The notes under the pieces are model-generated. The model saw only the letters and a list, made by a program, of their open reading frames with translations, had not been told where the DNA came from and did no database searches. A stretch of 64,000 nt of DNA from assembly GCA_035285865.1 (NCBI GenBank), contig JAYKHS010000004.1, forward strand, positions 1-64,000, read 5' to 3'. This document shows positions 21,624 to 31,767 of this stretch, one piece after another; the stretch's first letter is position 1; each line of letters starts with the position of its first letter. A program made the position numbers and the translations under genes. The stretch is from Candidatus Sericytochromatia bacterium. Lineage in GTDB: Bacteria > Cyanobacteriota > Sericytochromatia > S15B-MN24 > VGJW01.

Positions 21624-22460
21624 ATGACCATGGCCACGGAGTCGACGCGACAGGCAACGGGGGCGGTCCGTCAGCCGCGGACGGCAGACTTTGCCGGCCA
21701 GCCCGAGATGGGCATGGCCGATGGTGGAAGCCTGATGCAGCCGACGCCACTGCGCGGGCCGGCCAAGGTGGTCCAGGTGAGGGCGGACGCTGCATCCCAC
21801 GAGGGTCGGGAGCGCCTTGAGGCCTGGTTGGCCGTCGGCGAGGACCCTGCCTTGCCCTCGATGCAGGAAACGGTTGCGGCATTTCTGGCCCGCGAAGGCT
21901 CCGCATCCGGCCTCTCTGCCGCATTGGGGGGAGCGGATCGCGTGCTCGCTGGTTCCCTCATCGATCGGATCGTCGACGAGGCTTTTGCCGAGGGCTCGCC
22001 CGAGACTTACTTCCAGGTGATTCTCTGGGCTGCGGATGCCCATGCGACGCTCGGCAACACAGGCAGGACGCGTGCGATGTCGCGCCTTGCCGTCGACATG
22101 GCGGACTGGATGCAGGAGCGGGGCCTCAAGCCCTTGGCCAGACTCGCCGCAGATGGTCGGCAAGCCTTTGGCGAGGCTTGTCGGGTGGCCATGCGCCATC
22201 CCTGGCCAGACGTCCGCGTGTTGGCCGAGCCTCTTTCGGGCAGCCAGGCGATGGATCGCCCGACGTTCGTGACGCACGTGCGTTTGTGGCTGGCTTGGCT
22301 GCTGATGGGCCTGCTCGACAACGGGCTTGCGGCTGCAGCCCTCGATCTGCTGATGCCGGTGCGCCAGGCGCGTGTCGTGGCCGTCCAGCCGACGGACAAG
22401 GCACAAAGTGCAGCGCGCTGGCTGGAGCGGCTGGCCGTGCGGCCAGTCGACAACGCCTGA
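21624..22460 (+). CDS. Hypothetical helical protein
   Basis: SD GGGGGA before ATG and coding-like bias. No family recognised. Confidence 0.6.
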   Translation: MTMATESTRQATGAVRQPRTADFAGQPEMGMADGGSLMQPTPLRGPAKVVQVRADAASHEGRERLEAWLAVGEDPALPSMQETVAAFLAREGSASGLSAALGGADRVLAGSLIDRIVDEAFAEGSPETYFQVILWAADAHATLGNTGRTRAMSRLAVDMADWMQERGLKPLARLAADGRQAFGEACRVAMRHPWPDVRVLAEPLSGSQAMDRPTFVTHVRLWLAWLLMGLLDNGLAAAALDLLMPVRQARVVAVQPTDKAQSAARWLERLAVRPVDNA

Positions 22461-22474
22461 CGCCTGTCGGCGTT

Positions 22475-23908
22475 TCAGGACCAGTTGTCTTCGTCGCGGT
22501 CGGCGGCTGCCTTGACCCGGTTCCACGTCTCCAGCATCTGTTCGAGGCTCTTGCCGACAAGACTGCCGCCCAAGGCCTTTTCTGTCGCGGCGAAGCGTCG
22601 GGTAAAGCGCGCGTTGGCCGACCGAAGCGCCATCTCGGGATCCACCCCGACCATGCGGGCGAGGTTCGTGACCGCCATCAGAACGTCGCCTAGTTCGTGG
22701 CCGATGTCCCCGTCTCCGGCGAGGGCTTGGTCGAGCTCGTGCAGCTCCTCGGCCAGCTTGGCGCGGGCACCTGAACGCTCCGGCCAGCCGAAGCCTGCTC
22801 GGGCTGCCTTCTGCTGGAGCTTCTCGGAGCGTGTCAAGGCCGGCAGAGCCTCGGCCACGCCGTCGAGCGTGCCTGCGGTTTCCGGTTTCTGGCTGGCCTT
22901 GAGGTCTTCCCAGTTGGCGAGCACCTGGTCCGCGGTTTCGGCTTGCACGCTGCCGAAGATGTGCGGATGGCGCTCCTCCAGTTTGTCGCAGAGGCGATCG
23001 GCGATGCTTCCGAGATCGAAACGCCCCTCTTCCTCGGCGATGCGGGCGTGGAAGAGCACCTGGAGCAAAAGATCCCCGAGCTCTTCCTCGAGGTCCTCGT
23101 CATCTTCGCGGTCAATGGCGTCGACGACCTCATAGGCCTCCTCGAGGCAGTAACGGCGCAGCGAGGCATGTGTCTGCTCGCGGTCCCACGGGCAACCGTC
23201 CTCGGCACGAAGGCGCGCCATGAGCGCCCGGGCTCGCGGCACGCCGCGGATGGGGCCGGCCGGCACCCAGACTGAAGTCAAGTGATCCAGCCAGGGCAGG
23301 CGATCCAGCTCATGCAGGGGAATCCGCGCGGTGCGTTCCTCGCCGGGAATTCCGGCCCCCCGGATGACGATGACCTCATGCGCGTCGTCGAAGACCTCCA
23401 TCAGCGTCAGCTTGAGGTCCGAAGCCACGCGCCCCGACCAGACCTGCAGGGCCAGGATGGCGCGACTTGGTTGCAATTCGACCGGGTCGAGGTCCATGGC
23501 ATCCACGATGGTGACGCCATCTCCGGGGTCCACCCCGAGTGCGGCGTATACCGCCTCCAGCCCCGATAGCCCGGCCACGATGCGAACGGGCACGGCCTCC
23601 TGGGTCAGCAGCATCCTCACCGTGCGTTCACCGACCAAGGGATGGCCGGGCACGGCATAGACCACATCCTGTTTGCCGCCCAGTTCGAGAAGGTCGGCCA
23701 CGATGCCCGCGTAGACGCCGTCGAAGTCCTCGGCGGTCCGGTAGCGATCGTCGTGGCTGGTGAAGACCAGTCCCCAATCCTCCAGGGTTCGAACCGTCGG
23801 GTGGACGCGCGTCCGCAGGTGGAGCGTCGCACCCGAGCGCAGCGCCGACTCGGCGGCACGGGTCAAGGCCCCGGGATCTCCCGGTCCCAACCCGACGACC
23901 GTGATCAC
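22475..23908 (-). CDS. mazG: YabN-type tetrapyrrole-methylase-like/MazG nucleoside triphosphate pyrophosphohydrolase
   Basis: ITVVGLGPG, YAVPGHP, GCPWDREQT, EELGDLLLQV and RHPHIF motifs. GTGA overlap with the upstream gene. Confidence 0.93.
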   Translation of the reverse strand: MITVVGLGPGDPGALTRAAESALRSGATLHLRTRVHPTVRTLEDWGLVFTSHDDRYRTAEDFDGVYAGIVADLLELGGKQDVVYAVPGHPLVGERTVRMLLTQEAVPVRIVAGLSGLEAVYAALGVDPGDGVTIVDAMDLDPVELQPSRAILALQVWSGRVASDLKLTLMEVFDDAHEVIVIRGAGIPGEERTARIPLHELDRLPWLDHLTSVWVPAGPIRGVPRARALMARLRAEDGCPWDREQTHASLRRYCLEEAYEVVDAIDREDDEDLEEELGDLLLQVLFHARIAEEEGRFDLGSIADRLCDKLEERHPHIFGSVQAETADQVLANWEDLKASQKPETAGTLDGVAEALPALTRSEKLQQKAARAGFGWPERSGARAKLAEELHELDQALAGDGDIGHELGDVLMAVTNLARMVGVDPEMALRSANARFTRRFAATEKALGGSLVGKSLEQMLETWNRVKAAADRDEDNWS

Positions 23909-25020
23909 GGGTGGCTCTTGACCGGGGCCAGGGTCCCGGATGCCGGGGCGCTGCCCGAGGCCGCCGTGCTGCCTGAGGCCGGTGCCGGCGTTGCTTTGGA
24001 CCAATCGGGTTCGAGGCTGACGGTCGCGACCTTGCGCTGGCCCTCCAGCCACTTGCCGAAGGCTTCATCGCGCTTCTGGCCAAGCATCTGCTCGCTCAGC
24101 CGGGTCTTGACTTCGGCGAAGGGCTCCTTGCGGGCCGGCTTGCGTCCCGTCACTTCGATCAGGTGGAAGCCGAAGGTCGTCTTGACGAGACCCGAGCGCT
24201 GGCCGGGCTTGAGGGCGAAGGCCGCCTTCTCGAACTCGGGCACCATCTGGCCACGACGGAAGTAGCCCAGGCTGCCGCCTTGCGGCTTGCTGCCGGGGTC
24301 TGCGGAGCGTTCCTTGGCCAATGCCCCGAAGTCCTTGCCCTTCGCCAACTCTTTCTGAACGGCCAGGGCCTCGGCCTCGGTCTTGAGGAGGATATGTCGC
24401 GCTTCGACCTGTTCGGGCTGTTCGAACTGCAGCGGATTGCGATCGAAGTAGGTCCGCACGTCGGCTGCAGAGACCGTGGCCTCCTTCGTGACGGCCTTGC
24501 GCACCTCCTCCATCCGGAGGCTCTCCTCGATTTCGGCTTCGAGGGCCGTGTCCGACAGGCCATTCTCGGCCAGCACGCGACGGAAGGTCTCCGCATCCGG
24601 AAAGCCCTTGCGGATCTGCTGGATGCGCTCGTCGATGCGGGTAGGCGTGATGGCCACCTTGAGGCGTTCGGCCTCCTGCTTGATGAGCGTGCGCTGGATG
24701 AGCTTTTCCACCGCATCCTGCTTGAGGTTGCCCAGCATCTGACTACCCTCGGGAGTCGAGAAGTCGAGACCGAAGCGCTGGCTGTACTGCTTCTTGGCGG
24801 ACTCGAGGAACTTTTCGGCATCCGTTCGACGAAGGCGTTCGCCGTTGACCGTGCCGACCCTGTCCTGCCACTCCTGGGCCCCCCACATGCCTCCGGCGAT
24901 CAGCAGGGCACCGCCGACGGCGGCCGTGAAGATCCACCATGCACGGCGTGCGGCCGCGACGCCCTCCTGGGCCATCAGCGCCTGGGCATCGGGGGCATTC
25001 TCGGACAGGGCGTCGGACAA
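23905..25020 (-). CDS. Parvulin-type peptidyl-prolyl isomerase (PrsA/SurA-like, membrane anchored)
   Basis: N-terminal TM, SurA_N-like helices, ARHIL, GGSLG, MVPEFEKAAF and FGFHLI motifs. Confidence 0.92.
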   Translation of the reverse strand: MSDALSENAPDAQALMAQEGVAAARRAWWIFTAAVGGALLIAGGMWGAQEWQDRVGTVNGERLRRTDAEKFLESAKKQYSQRFGLDFSTPEGSQMLGNLKQDAVEKLIQRTLIKQEAERLKVAITPTRIDERIQQIRKGFPDAETFRRVLAENGLSDTALEAEIEESLRMEEVRKAVTKEATVSAADVRTYFDRNPLQFEQPEQVEARHILLKTEAEALAVQKELAKGKDFGALAKERSADPGSKPQGGSLGYFRRGQMVPEFEKAAFALKPGQRSGLVKTTFGFHLIEVTGRKPARKEPFAEVKTRLSEQMLGQKRDEAFGKWLEGQRKVATVSLEPDWSKATPAPASGSTAASGSAPASGTLAPVKSHP

Positions 25021-25053
25021 GGGATTACTCCGTCTCTAAGGCAATCGGGTGGG

Positions 25054-28000
25054 TCAGTCTAGCACGGGCACGGGGCGGGACACGGCTTCCAGAAGGCGCT
25101 CGCACGCCACCAGGTGTTCGTCCGGCACCGAGCCCTTGCGATCGAGGACCAGCTCCTCCGCCTGCCACTGCCAGTGGGCCAGTGCCGGCACCTGCATCTG
25201 GATATCGGACCAGAGGGGTCGGGGCATCGCGAGGGCCACCCGGACCTTGCCCTTCTCGGCCTTGATGGAGGGAATCCGCATGTCCATCGCCCGGAGCTTG
25301 AGGCCCACGAGTCGCAGCAGGTTGCGGACGGCGGGCGTGGAGGGACCGAAGCGATCGCGCCACTCCTCGGTCAGCAGTTCAAGCTCGCGCAGGGAACCGA
25401 CCTGCGCGAGGCGCCGATACTGCATCATCTTGTCGTCGGGCTCCGTGAACCAGTCGTCCGGCAGCATCGCGGAGACGCCTAGGTCGATCACGCTCTCGGT
25501 CTGCGTGGCGATCGGGTCGCCGAGCCCCTCGGCGATGGCCTCCTCCAGGAGTTGCATGTAGGTGTCGTAGCCTACGGTCATCATCTGGCCGTGCTGTTCG
25601 GCACCCAGGATGTTGCCGACCCCTCGGATCTCCATGTCCCGCAAGGCGATCTGGTAGCCCGATCCGAGGGCCGTGTGCTGGACCATCGCGACGAGGCGAT
25701 CGCGGCCTTCTTCCGTCAAGTCCTGACGTTCGCCGTGATAGAGGTAGCAATAGGCCTTCTGGTCGCTGCGCCCGACGCGGCCGCGAAGTTGGTAGAGCTG
25801 GGCCAGACCCAGCCGATCGGCGTCCATGATGATGATCGTGTTGGCCCTGGGAATGTCCAGGCCCGACTCGATGATGGTGGTGGCAATCAGGACGTCGAAC
25901 TCGTGGGCCACGAACGAGAGCATGATCTCTTCGAGTTCGTTTTCCGGCATTTGCCCATGGGCCGTGCGGACTCTTGCCGAGGGCACGAGATCCACCACCG
26001 TCGCCGCCAGGGTCTCCAAATGGTCGATGCGGTTCTGCAGGATGAATACCTGCCCACCGCGCTCCATCTCTCGAAGGATGGCCTGCCGCGCCTGATCGGG
26101 TTCCCACGGGCCTGCCATCGTCTTGACCGGAAGGCGATTGGCCGGCGGAGTGGTGATGAGGCTCATGTCGCGGGCGCCCGACAGGGCGAGGTACAACGTG
26201 CGCGGGATGGGGGTGGCGGACATCGACAGCACGTCCACCTGGGTTTTCATGGCCTTCAGGCGTTCCTTGTGGCTGACGCCGAAGCGATGTTCCTCGTCGA
26301 CGACGAGCAGGCCGAGGTCCTTGAACTGGACATCCTTGGAAAGCAACCGATGGGTGCCGACGACGACGTCTAATTCGCCCAGCGCAAGCTGCCGCAGCGT
26401 CTCTTTCTGCTGGGCGGCGGAGCGGAAACGGGACAGGGGCGCAACCCGGACGGGATAGGGGGCGAAGCGCTCTCGGAAGACCTGGTAATGCTGGTGGGCG
26501 AGCAGGGTCGTCGGTGCCAGGATGGCGACCTGCTTGCCCCCGACGGCGGCCTTGAAGGCCGCACGGATGGCCACTTCGGTCTTGCCGAAGCCCACGTCCC
26601 CGCAGATCAGGCGGTCCATCGGCCGGGCCGTCTCCATGTCGGCCTTTGTCTCCTCGATGGCCCGCAGCTGGTCCACGGTCTCCGTGTAGGCGAAGGCGTC
26701 CTCGAGTTCCCGTTGCCACGCCGAGTCGGGTCCGAAGGGATGCCCGGGCAGGGCCGCACGTCGCGCATGAATCTGCAGCAGGTCCTCGGCCACGGCCTGA
26801 ACGGCCTTGCGCACGCGGTTGCGGACATTCTCCCACTCGGCCCCGCCCATCTTGGACAACCGCGGCGAGCCGTCGCCAGCACCGCGATAGCGATGGATGA
26901 GGCCAGTCTGATCCACCGGGATGTAAAGCCGATCGTCCCCTTGGTACAGGACCAGCAGGAACTCCTTGGCCTGTCCGTCCATCACGATTCGCTGCAGGCC
27001 CTGGTAGCGGCCGATGCCGTGCTTGGCGTGGACCACGAGGTCGCCCGGCCGCAGCTGCTCCAGGCTGGTGATGGGGGTGCCGGCCTGCTTCGGCCGGGCT
27101 TTGGCCTTGCCGGCACTGGTTTTGCGCCAGCCGAAGATCTCGTGGTCCGAGTAGACGGCCAGCTTGAGGTCGGGCCATTCGAAGCCCGAGCCGAGTCCCT
27201 CTCGGAAAATCCATACACCGCCATAGGCGGCTCCGCCGGGGCCGGGCAGGCGTGCACCGTAGGTGCTGTGGCAGCCGTGTTCTTCCAGCAGCGCAAAGAC
27301 GCGCTGCGGTTGGTTGGAGGCGATGACGACGCGTTCTCCGGCTCGCGAGCGGGCGAGGAGGCGGCGCGCGAGCTCGTCGTACCGGTTGGGGAAGCCCTGA
27401 ACCTGGGGAGCCCACCAGAACAGGTCGTTCTCGGGTTCTTCGGGGAGCAGGTCGATGCGGCGGAAGCGCGCGCAGGTCTCGCGAACCTCGTCCAAGGAGG
27501 CCAGCGGTTCGACCGGAGGCGTGATGAGCAACCCGGCTTTCCGTTTGCGGTCGCGTTCGGCTTCTTCCTGGTCGAGATAGACCTTGAGGCGGTCTTCGCC
27601 CTCGGCGGGCAGCCACGACAGCAGTGTCGCCCCTTCCGGCAGGTGTTCCAGCAGCGTCGAGGTGCCGTGGCAGAACGACGCGTAGACTTCGTCTCCATCG
27701 CCGGGCTGGAAGGCGCCCAGGCGTTCGAGGTGCTCGCGAACCAGCGCGCGCAGGCGGTCCGCCTCGGTGCGGTGGCCCCAACCCCGCAGTTGCGCCGCCT
27801 GCTGGTCCGCAGCCGTCTGGATGGCTGCCGCCGTCTCGGCCCAGGACCCCACCGGCAGCAGCAGCTCCCGGACCGGCCACACCTCGAGGCCGTCCCGTTG
27901 TTCCTCCGATCGCTGGGTCACGGGATCGAAGGTCCGGATGGATTCGATGTTCTCGCCGAACCACTCGATGCGCAGGGGTTGTTCGGCTCCCGGTGGCCAG

Positions 28001-28524
28001 ACGTCCAGCAGTCCGCCCCGGCGCGCGAAGGTACCCTTCATCGTGACGGCGGCCTCGGGCCGGAAGCCCAGTCGGACCAGATGACTGGCGAGGTCCGCCG
28101 GAACATGGATGTCCCCGACGCGCAGCTTCAGCCGGCAGGCCTCGAGTACGTCGGCGGCGGGCAGGCGGTGCGCGAGGGCCGCCGTCGTCGTGACGAGGCC
28201 ATCCACGTCTCCTGCAGCCAGTGCCGCCAGCGCCGTGAATCGCCGCAGGGCGCTTTCGGCTTCTGGCGAAACGCCGTGGTGGACGGACAGTTCGCCGCCC
28301 GGGAACGGCAGGGCCCGGCAACCGTAGGCGGGCAGGTCAAGCAGGACCTGACGCAGCGTGTCGGGATCGGGTACCACCATGACCCACGGCCGGTCGAGCG
28401 TGGCGGCAAGGAAGATGCCCGCGCCAAGGGACATGCCCGTCAGGGAGGCGTGACGGCTACTGGCGAGCGCCGCGTGGCCCCCGCTTTCCGAGAGGTACGG
28501 CCTGAGCGGCTCCAAGGCACCCAT
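25054..28524 (-). CDS. mfd: Transcription-repair coupling factor
   Basis: HGIGRY CarD/RID domain, MDRLICGDVGFGKTE, DEEHRFGV, SATPIPRT and QLRGRVGR motifs. Start placed at ATG 28524; the ORF is open to 28599. Confidence 0.97.
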   Translation of the reverse strand: MGALEPLRPYLSESGGHAALASSRHASLTGMSLGAGIFLAATLDRPWVMVVPDPDTLRQVLLDLPAYGCRALPFPGGELSVHHGVSPEAESALRRFTALAALAAGDVDGLVTTTAALAHRLPAADVLEACRLKLRVGDIHVPADLASHLVRLGFRPEAAVTMKGTFARRGGLLDVWPPGAEQPLRIEWFGENIESIRTFDPVTQRSEEQRDGLEVWPVRELLLPVGSWAETAAAIQTAADQQAAQLRGWGHRTEADRLRALVREHLERLGAFQPGDGDEVYASFCHGTSTLLEHLPEGATLLSWLPAEGEDRLKVYLDQEEAERDRKRKAGLLITPPVEPLASLDEVRETCARFRRIDLLPEEPENDLFWWAPQVQGFPNRYDELARRLLARSRAGERVVIASNQPQRVFALLEEHGCHSTYGARLPGPGGAAYGGVWIFREGLGSGFEWPDLKLAVYSDHEIFGWRKTSAGKAKARPKQAGTPITSLEQLRPGDLVVHAKHGIGRYQGLQRIVMDGQAKEFLLVLYQGDDRLYIPVDQTGLIHRYRGAGDGSPRLSKMGGAEWENVRNRVRKAVQAVAEDLLQIHARRAALPGHPFGPDSAWQRELEDAFAYTETVDQLRAIEETKADMETARPMDRLICGDVGFGKTEVAIRAAFKAAVGGKQVAILAPTTLLAHQHYQVFRERFAPYPVRVAPLSRFRSAAQQKETLRQLALGELDVVVGTHRLLSKDVQFKDLGLLVVDEEHRFGVSHKERLKAMKTQVDVLSMSATPIPRTLYLALSGARDMSLITTPPANRLPVKTMAGPWEPDQARQAILREMERGGQVFILQNRIDHLETLAATVVDLVPSARVRTAHGQMPENELEEIMLSFVAHEFDVLIATTIIESGLDIPRANTIIIMDADRLGLAQLYQLRGRVGRSDQKAYCYLYHGERQDLTEEGRDRLVAMVQHTALGSGYQIALRDMEIRGVGNILGAEQHGQMMTVGYDTYMQLLEEAIAEGLGDPIATQTESVIDLGVSAMLPDDWFTEPDDKMMQYRRLAQVGSLRELELLTEEWRDRFGPSTPAVRNLLRLVGLKLRAMDMRIPSIKAEKGKVRVALAMPRPLWSDIQMQVPALAHWQWQAEELVLDRKGSVPDEHLVACERLLEAVSRPVPVLD

Positions 28525-28617
28525 GACACGCGATCGTAGCACGGGCGCGGGGGCCGGATAGGGTACCTGCTCGGCGGGTATGCTGGCGAGGTAAGTCACG
28601 TCCGAGGTCGTTGTTCA

Positions 28618-28976
28618 TGCCCCTGCATCTGGAGGCCCGCCGCGAGGGCGCGGTGCGTGTTCTGCTCCTCGAGGGCGAGCTTGATGCCCAGACCGTGGGG
28701 CCTTTCGATCGGGAGATGGAATCGTGCCTCGCGCGCGGGGACGTTCGCATCGTCCTCGATTGCCGGGGGCTGGGGTTCATCGCCTCGGCCGGCCTCGGGG
28801 TGCTGATGGGGGTGCTTGGTCCGGTCCAGGAGGCCGGTGGCATCATCGTGCTGGCACACGTCCAGTCCGAGGTCCGGCGCACCTTCGACCTGCTCGACTT
28901 CTCGGCGCTCTTCCCCTTTGCCGAGAGCCTGACAGAGGCGCTTGCGCTGGCTGCCGCCGACGGCGGGCAGGCCTAG
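28618..28976 (+). CDS. STAS-domain anti-sigma factor antagonist
   Basis: LEGELDA and LGFIASAGLGVL motifs, the latter carrying the phosphorylatable Ser. Start approximate (ORF opens at 28611). Confidence 0.9.
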
Positions 28977-28980
28977 GCCG

Positions 28981-29421
28981 ATGCCGGGGGCGCGCACCGT
29001 CCGCTTCTCGCTGCCGGCCGATCTCGCTTACCTTGAGGTCGCCCGCCGCTTCCTGGCCGTCCTTGGCGAGAAGTCGGGCCTGAGTGTCAGCGAGGTTCAC
29101 GACATCCAACTCGTGGTGACCGAGGCCATGACCAACGTCATCGAGCATGGCTATGGCCCGAGGGCTCAGGATGGTGCCGCGGTGCACCTGCAGTTCGAGG
29201 TTTCCGACGAGCAGTTGGTGCTGCTGCTATGCGACACGGCTCCCGAAGCCTTCGACGGGGCAGGGCCTGACGTGGATCTGGACCGCTACCGGGCAGAGCG
29301 CAAGGTCGGGGGGCTGGGCCTGCACCTGATGCGTCGCCTCTTCGACGACGTCGCGTTCACGCGAGACGAAGACGGAGTCAATACCGTGCGCCTCGTGCGG
29401 CAGGTGCGGCGCGAAGCCTGA
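28981..29421 (+). CDS. Anti-sigma factor / Ser kinase (RsbW/SpoIIAB-like HATPase)
   Basis: EAMTNVIEHG N-box and GGLGLHLMRRLFDDV. Confidence 0.9.
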   Translation: MPGARTVRFSLPADLAYLEVARRFLAVLGEKSGLSVSEVHDIQLVVTEAMTNVIEHGYGPRAQDGAAVHLQFEVSDEQLVLLLCDTAPEAFDGAGPDVDLDRYRAERKVGGLGLHLMRRLFDDVAFTRDEDGVNTVRLVRQVRREA

Positions 29422-29471
29422 CGCCGTTCGGGTTACAATGGCGTCCTGACGCCCTGTACCCGGAGGCCCCG

Positions 29472-31208
29472 ATGACCGTGTCCGCCCCTACGTCGTCCGC
29501 CCGTGCCGTGGCTTGGGAGCCCGAGAGCCTCAAGCGCGAGCTGGCCGCCTGGTCCGGGATCGGGCCGGATCCCCTCGCGACCCGGCACGTGGCCCGCCGT
29601 GCGGCTTGGGACTTGTTCACGCCGCAACTCTCTGATGCCGAAATCGAGGCCCTGCGCGACTACCTCTTCCCGGCGCTGCCCCAGCGTCCCGGCGACGCCC
29701 CCGTGGTGGTGCACAACCTGATTGACGGCGTCTGGCAGGATCCCGGAAAGCGCGCCGCGATGCCCGCCTTGTTCGACCGGCGAGTGACGCTGGCCGACAT
29801 CCCGGATTCCCAGGCGGCCGACGTGGAGGCGGTCCTTTCGGCGGCCTATGACTTCTGGTCTGGACTATCGTGGGCCGATGAGGTCCTGACCTACCGCAAG
29901 TGGGTCGTGGCCAACGTTTCGCGCATCCTCGACCACTTCAGCGAGGAGGTGATGGCGCAGATCCGGCACGTCATTCCCAAGACCCGGCTCGAAGCCCAGA
30001 AGGACTTCTGGGAAGCCAAGCGCGCCGCCGATCACATCGGTGGCAATGCCGACAGGGCGATGACGGGGGACTGGCTGCCCGGCCAGGTGCCCGGGCACCA
30101 CTACTGGCGCAATCCGTGCCTGCCTGCCGGCATCTCGGTACTGATCACGCCCATGAACTTCATCTACGGCATCCCGATGATCCAGTTGGTCGGGGCCTAC
30201 CTCTCGGGTTCTCCGCTGGTCTTCAAGGGGCATCCCTATGGCGCGATCTGCAATCGCACCATGGCGCGGATGTTCATGGCGGCGGGGGCGGATCCCCGCG
30301 CCTTCCACACCCTCGAGGGCTTCGGCAAGGGCGTCGGCAATCTGGCTGCCGACCATCGGGTGGCGGTGGTCTCGCTCACGGGTGGCGAGGCGACGGCCCG
30401 CGCCCTGTCGGCCCAGCGCGGGCTGCGAACCTTGCGGTTCGAGGGTGGTGGCTGCAACTGGTCCTGGATCGACGCCGGCTACACCGATGCCGAACTCGAG
30501 GCCATCGGGACGCGCCTCGCCTACAGCAAGCTCGGGTTCTCGTCCCACAAGTGCACCACCTTGCATGGCATTGCCGCCGATCCGACCACGCTGACCAAGG
30601 TCATCGGCTACGTGAATGCCGAGATGGATCGCTGGGAGGTCCGTGATCCGCGGGGTACCCTCGACTCCCGCATCGTGGGTCCGAACATGGTGCACAAGGC
30701 CGTCACGGTGGATCGTATCCAGGCCGCAGCCGAGGCGGCGGGGCTCAAGGTCCTGCGTCGGGGCGGCAAGGTCTCGGGCGACGACTACGCCGACCACGCC
30801 GAGGTCATCCGGCCCGTCATCCTCGAGACGCGTCCGGACAGCGTCGTGACGTGCGACTGGGACGACAAGGGCGACGTGACTTTCAACCTGGCCACGACCG
30901 AGTTCTTCATGCCGATTCTCTGCGCCATGGAGATGGGTTCATTCGAGGACTTCCTGCGTTTCAGCCTGCTGACCAATCCCCACGATCTCGCCTGCAGCAT
31001 CTGGAGCCGCGACGACCGCAAGTTGCAGCGGGCCCGCCGGATCCTGGGCGGCATGCTCAAGGAGAACGACGGCACGGATTCGGCCCTCGAATGGGAAGAG
31101 TTCGGCGCTTCGGGCATCGGAGACTCAGGCAACATGGGCGTGGGAGAGGCCCAGGCCACGCTGGCGAATTTCAGCCGCCGCCAGAAGGGCCGCCACGTCA
31201 CGTTCTGA
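29472..31208 (+). CDS. Aldehyde dehydrogenase family protein (divergent, ALDH12/P5CDH-like)
   Basis: ITPMNF, SLTGG, catalytic Glu in RFEGGG, catalytic Cys in HKCT, and EFFMP. SD GGAGG. Confidence 0.85.
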   Translation: MTVSAPTSSARAVAWEPESLKRELAAWSGIGPDPLATRHVARRAAWDLFTPQLSDAEIEALRDYLFPALPQRPGDAPVVVHNLIDGVWQDPGKRAAMPALFDRRVTLADIPDSQAADVEAVLSAAYDFWSGLSWADEVLTYRKWVVANVSRILDHFSEEVMAQIRHVIPKTRLEAQKDFWEAKRAADHIGGNADRAMTGDWLPGQVPGHHYWRNPCLPAGISVLITPMNFIYGIPMIQLVGAYLSGSPLVFKGHPYGAICNRTMARMFMAAGADPRAFHTLEGFGKGVGNLAADHRVAVVSLTGGEATARALSAQRGLRTLRFEGGGCNWSWIDAGYTDAELEAIGTRLAYSKLGFSSHKCTTLHGIAADPTTLTKVIGYVNAEMDRWEVRDPRGTLDSRIVGPNMVHKAVTVDRIQAAAEAAGLKVLRRGGKVSGDDYADHAEVIRPVILETRPDSVVTCDWDDKGDVTFNLATTEFFMPILCAMEMGSFEDFLRFSLLTNPHDLACSIWSRDDRKLQRARRILGGMLKENDGTDSALEWEEFGASGIGDSGNMGVGEAQATLANFSRRQKGRHVTF

Positions 31209-31767
31209 GTCTTCCCGGTCGGCGCCCCCGGCCACACGTGCCGCAAGCGTGCTGCTTGCAGCCTGAGGGTGCTGCCCAATGCAGTCTCGCGAAGTCCGAG
31301 CCTGGTGACCAGCGTATGTCCAGACTGCCGCCGAAGCGCCTGCGGATGGCCTTTCCGAGGGTTTCGGCCAGCCAGGTCGAGGTCGTTTCGATGACGAGTT
31401 CGTCGTGCTCCGACTTGCTGTCGAGGATTCGGTGCACGGGATCATCGTGCCAGGCTTCAACGGCAACGTTCCGAATCAGGTTCGCCAGTTCTTCCCGGTC
31501 CCTTTCTCCGATGCCCGACATGGTCAGGACACCGTCGATGCGACCTTGGCGGACGCGCGCGCACCCTTCGCAGAGCGTCCATTCCAGCGCGTGAGCACCC
31601 ACAGGGGTGACGCGACCCGGTGGCCTGCCGACCCGGGTCCACCGCTTGCGGCGGGCCTGAGCCCCGCAGGCCGGACACTGGCGCCAGGCGCCGTGCTGGT
31701 TTTTGTGAACCTTACGATGGCGATCTGCGTCGCTCTTGCCGAACACGACGTGGTTCAGGCGTTCCAT
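31198..31767 (-). CDS. BCAM0308-family-like protein
   Basis: CPAC...W...CEGC...G.L.MSG, DPVHRI, IETTSTWLAETLGKAI...GG.L...W pattern. ATG 31833 is an alternative start. Confidence 0.75.
   Translation of the reverse strand: MERLNHVVFGKSDADRHRKVHKNQHGAWRQCPACGAQARRKRWTRVGRPPGRVTPVGAHALEWTLCEGCARVRQGRIDGVLTMSGIGERDREELANLIRNVAVEAWHDDPVHRILDSKSEHDELVIETTSTWLAETLGKAIRRRFGGSLDIRWSPGSDFARLHWAAPSGCKQHACGTCGRGRRPGRLRT

Noticed and set aside
25379..28539. Very long alternative-frame ORFs (980 aa, 683 aa) and similar shadows across the window, e.g. 8969-10564, 14180-15805, 15844-17280, 59812-61488, 62455-63759
   Set aside because: They overlap well-supported genes, are Arg/Pro/Gly-rich and lack motifs, as expected from stop-codon scarcity in high-GC DNA.
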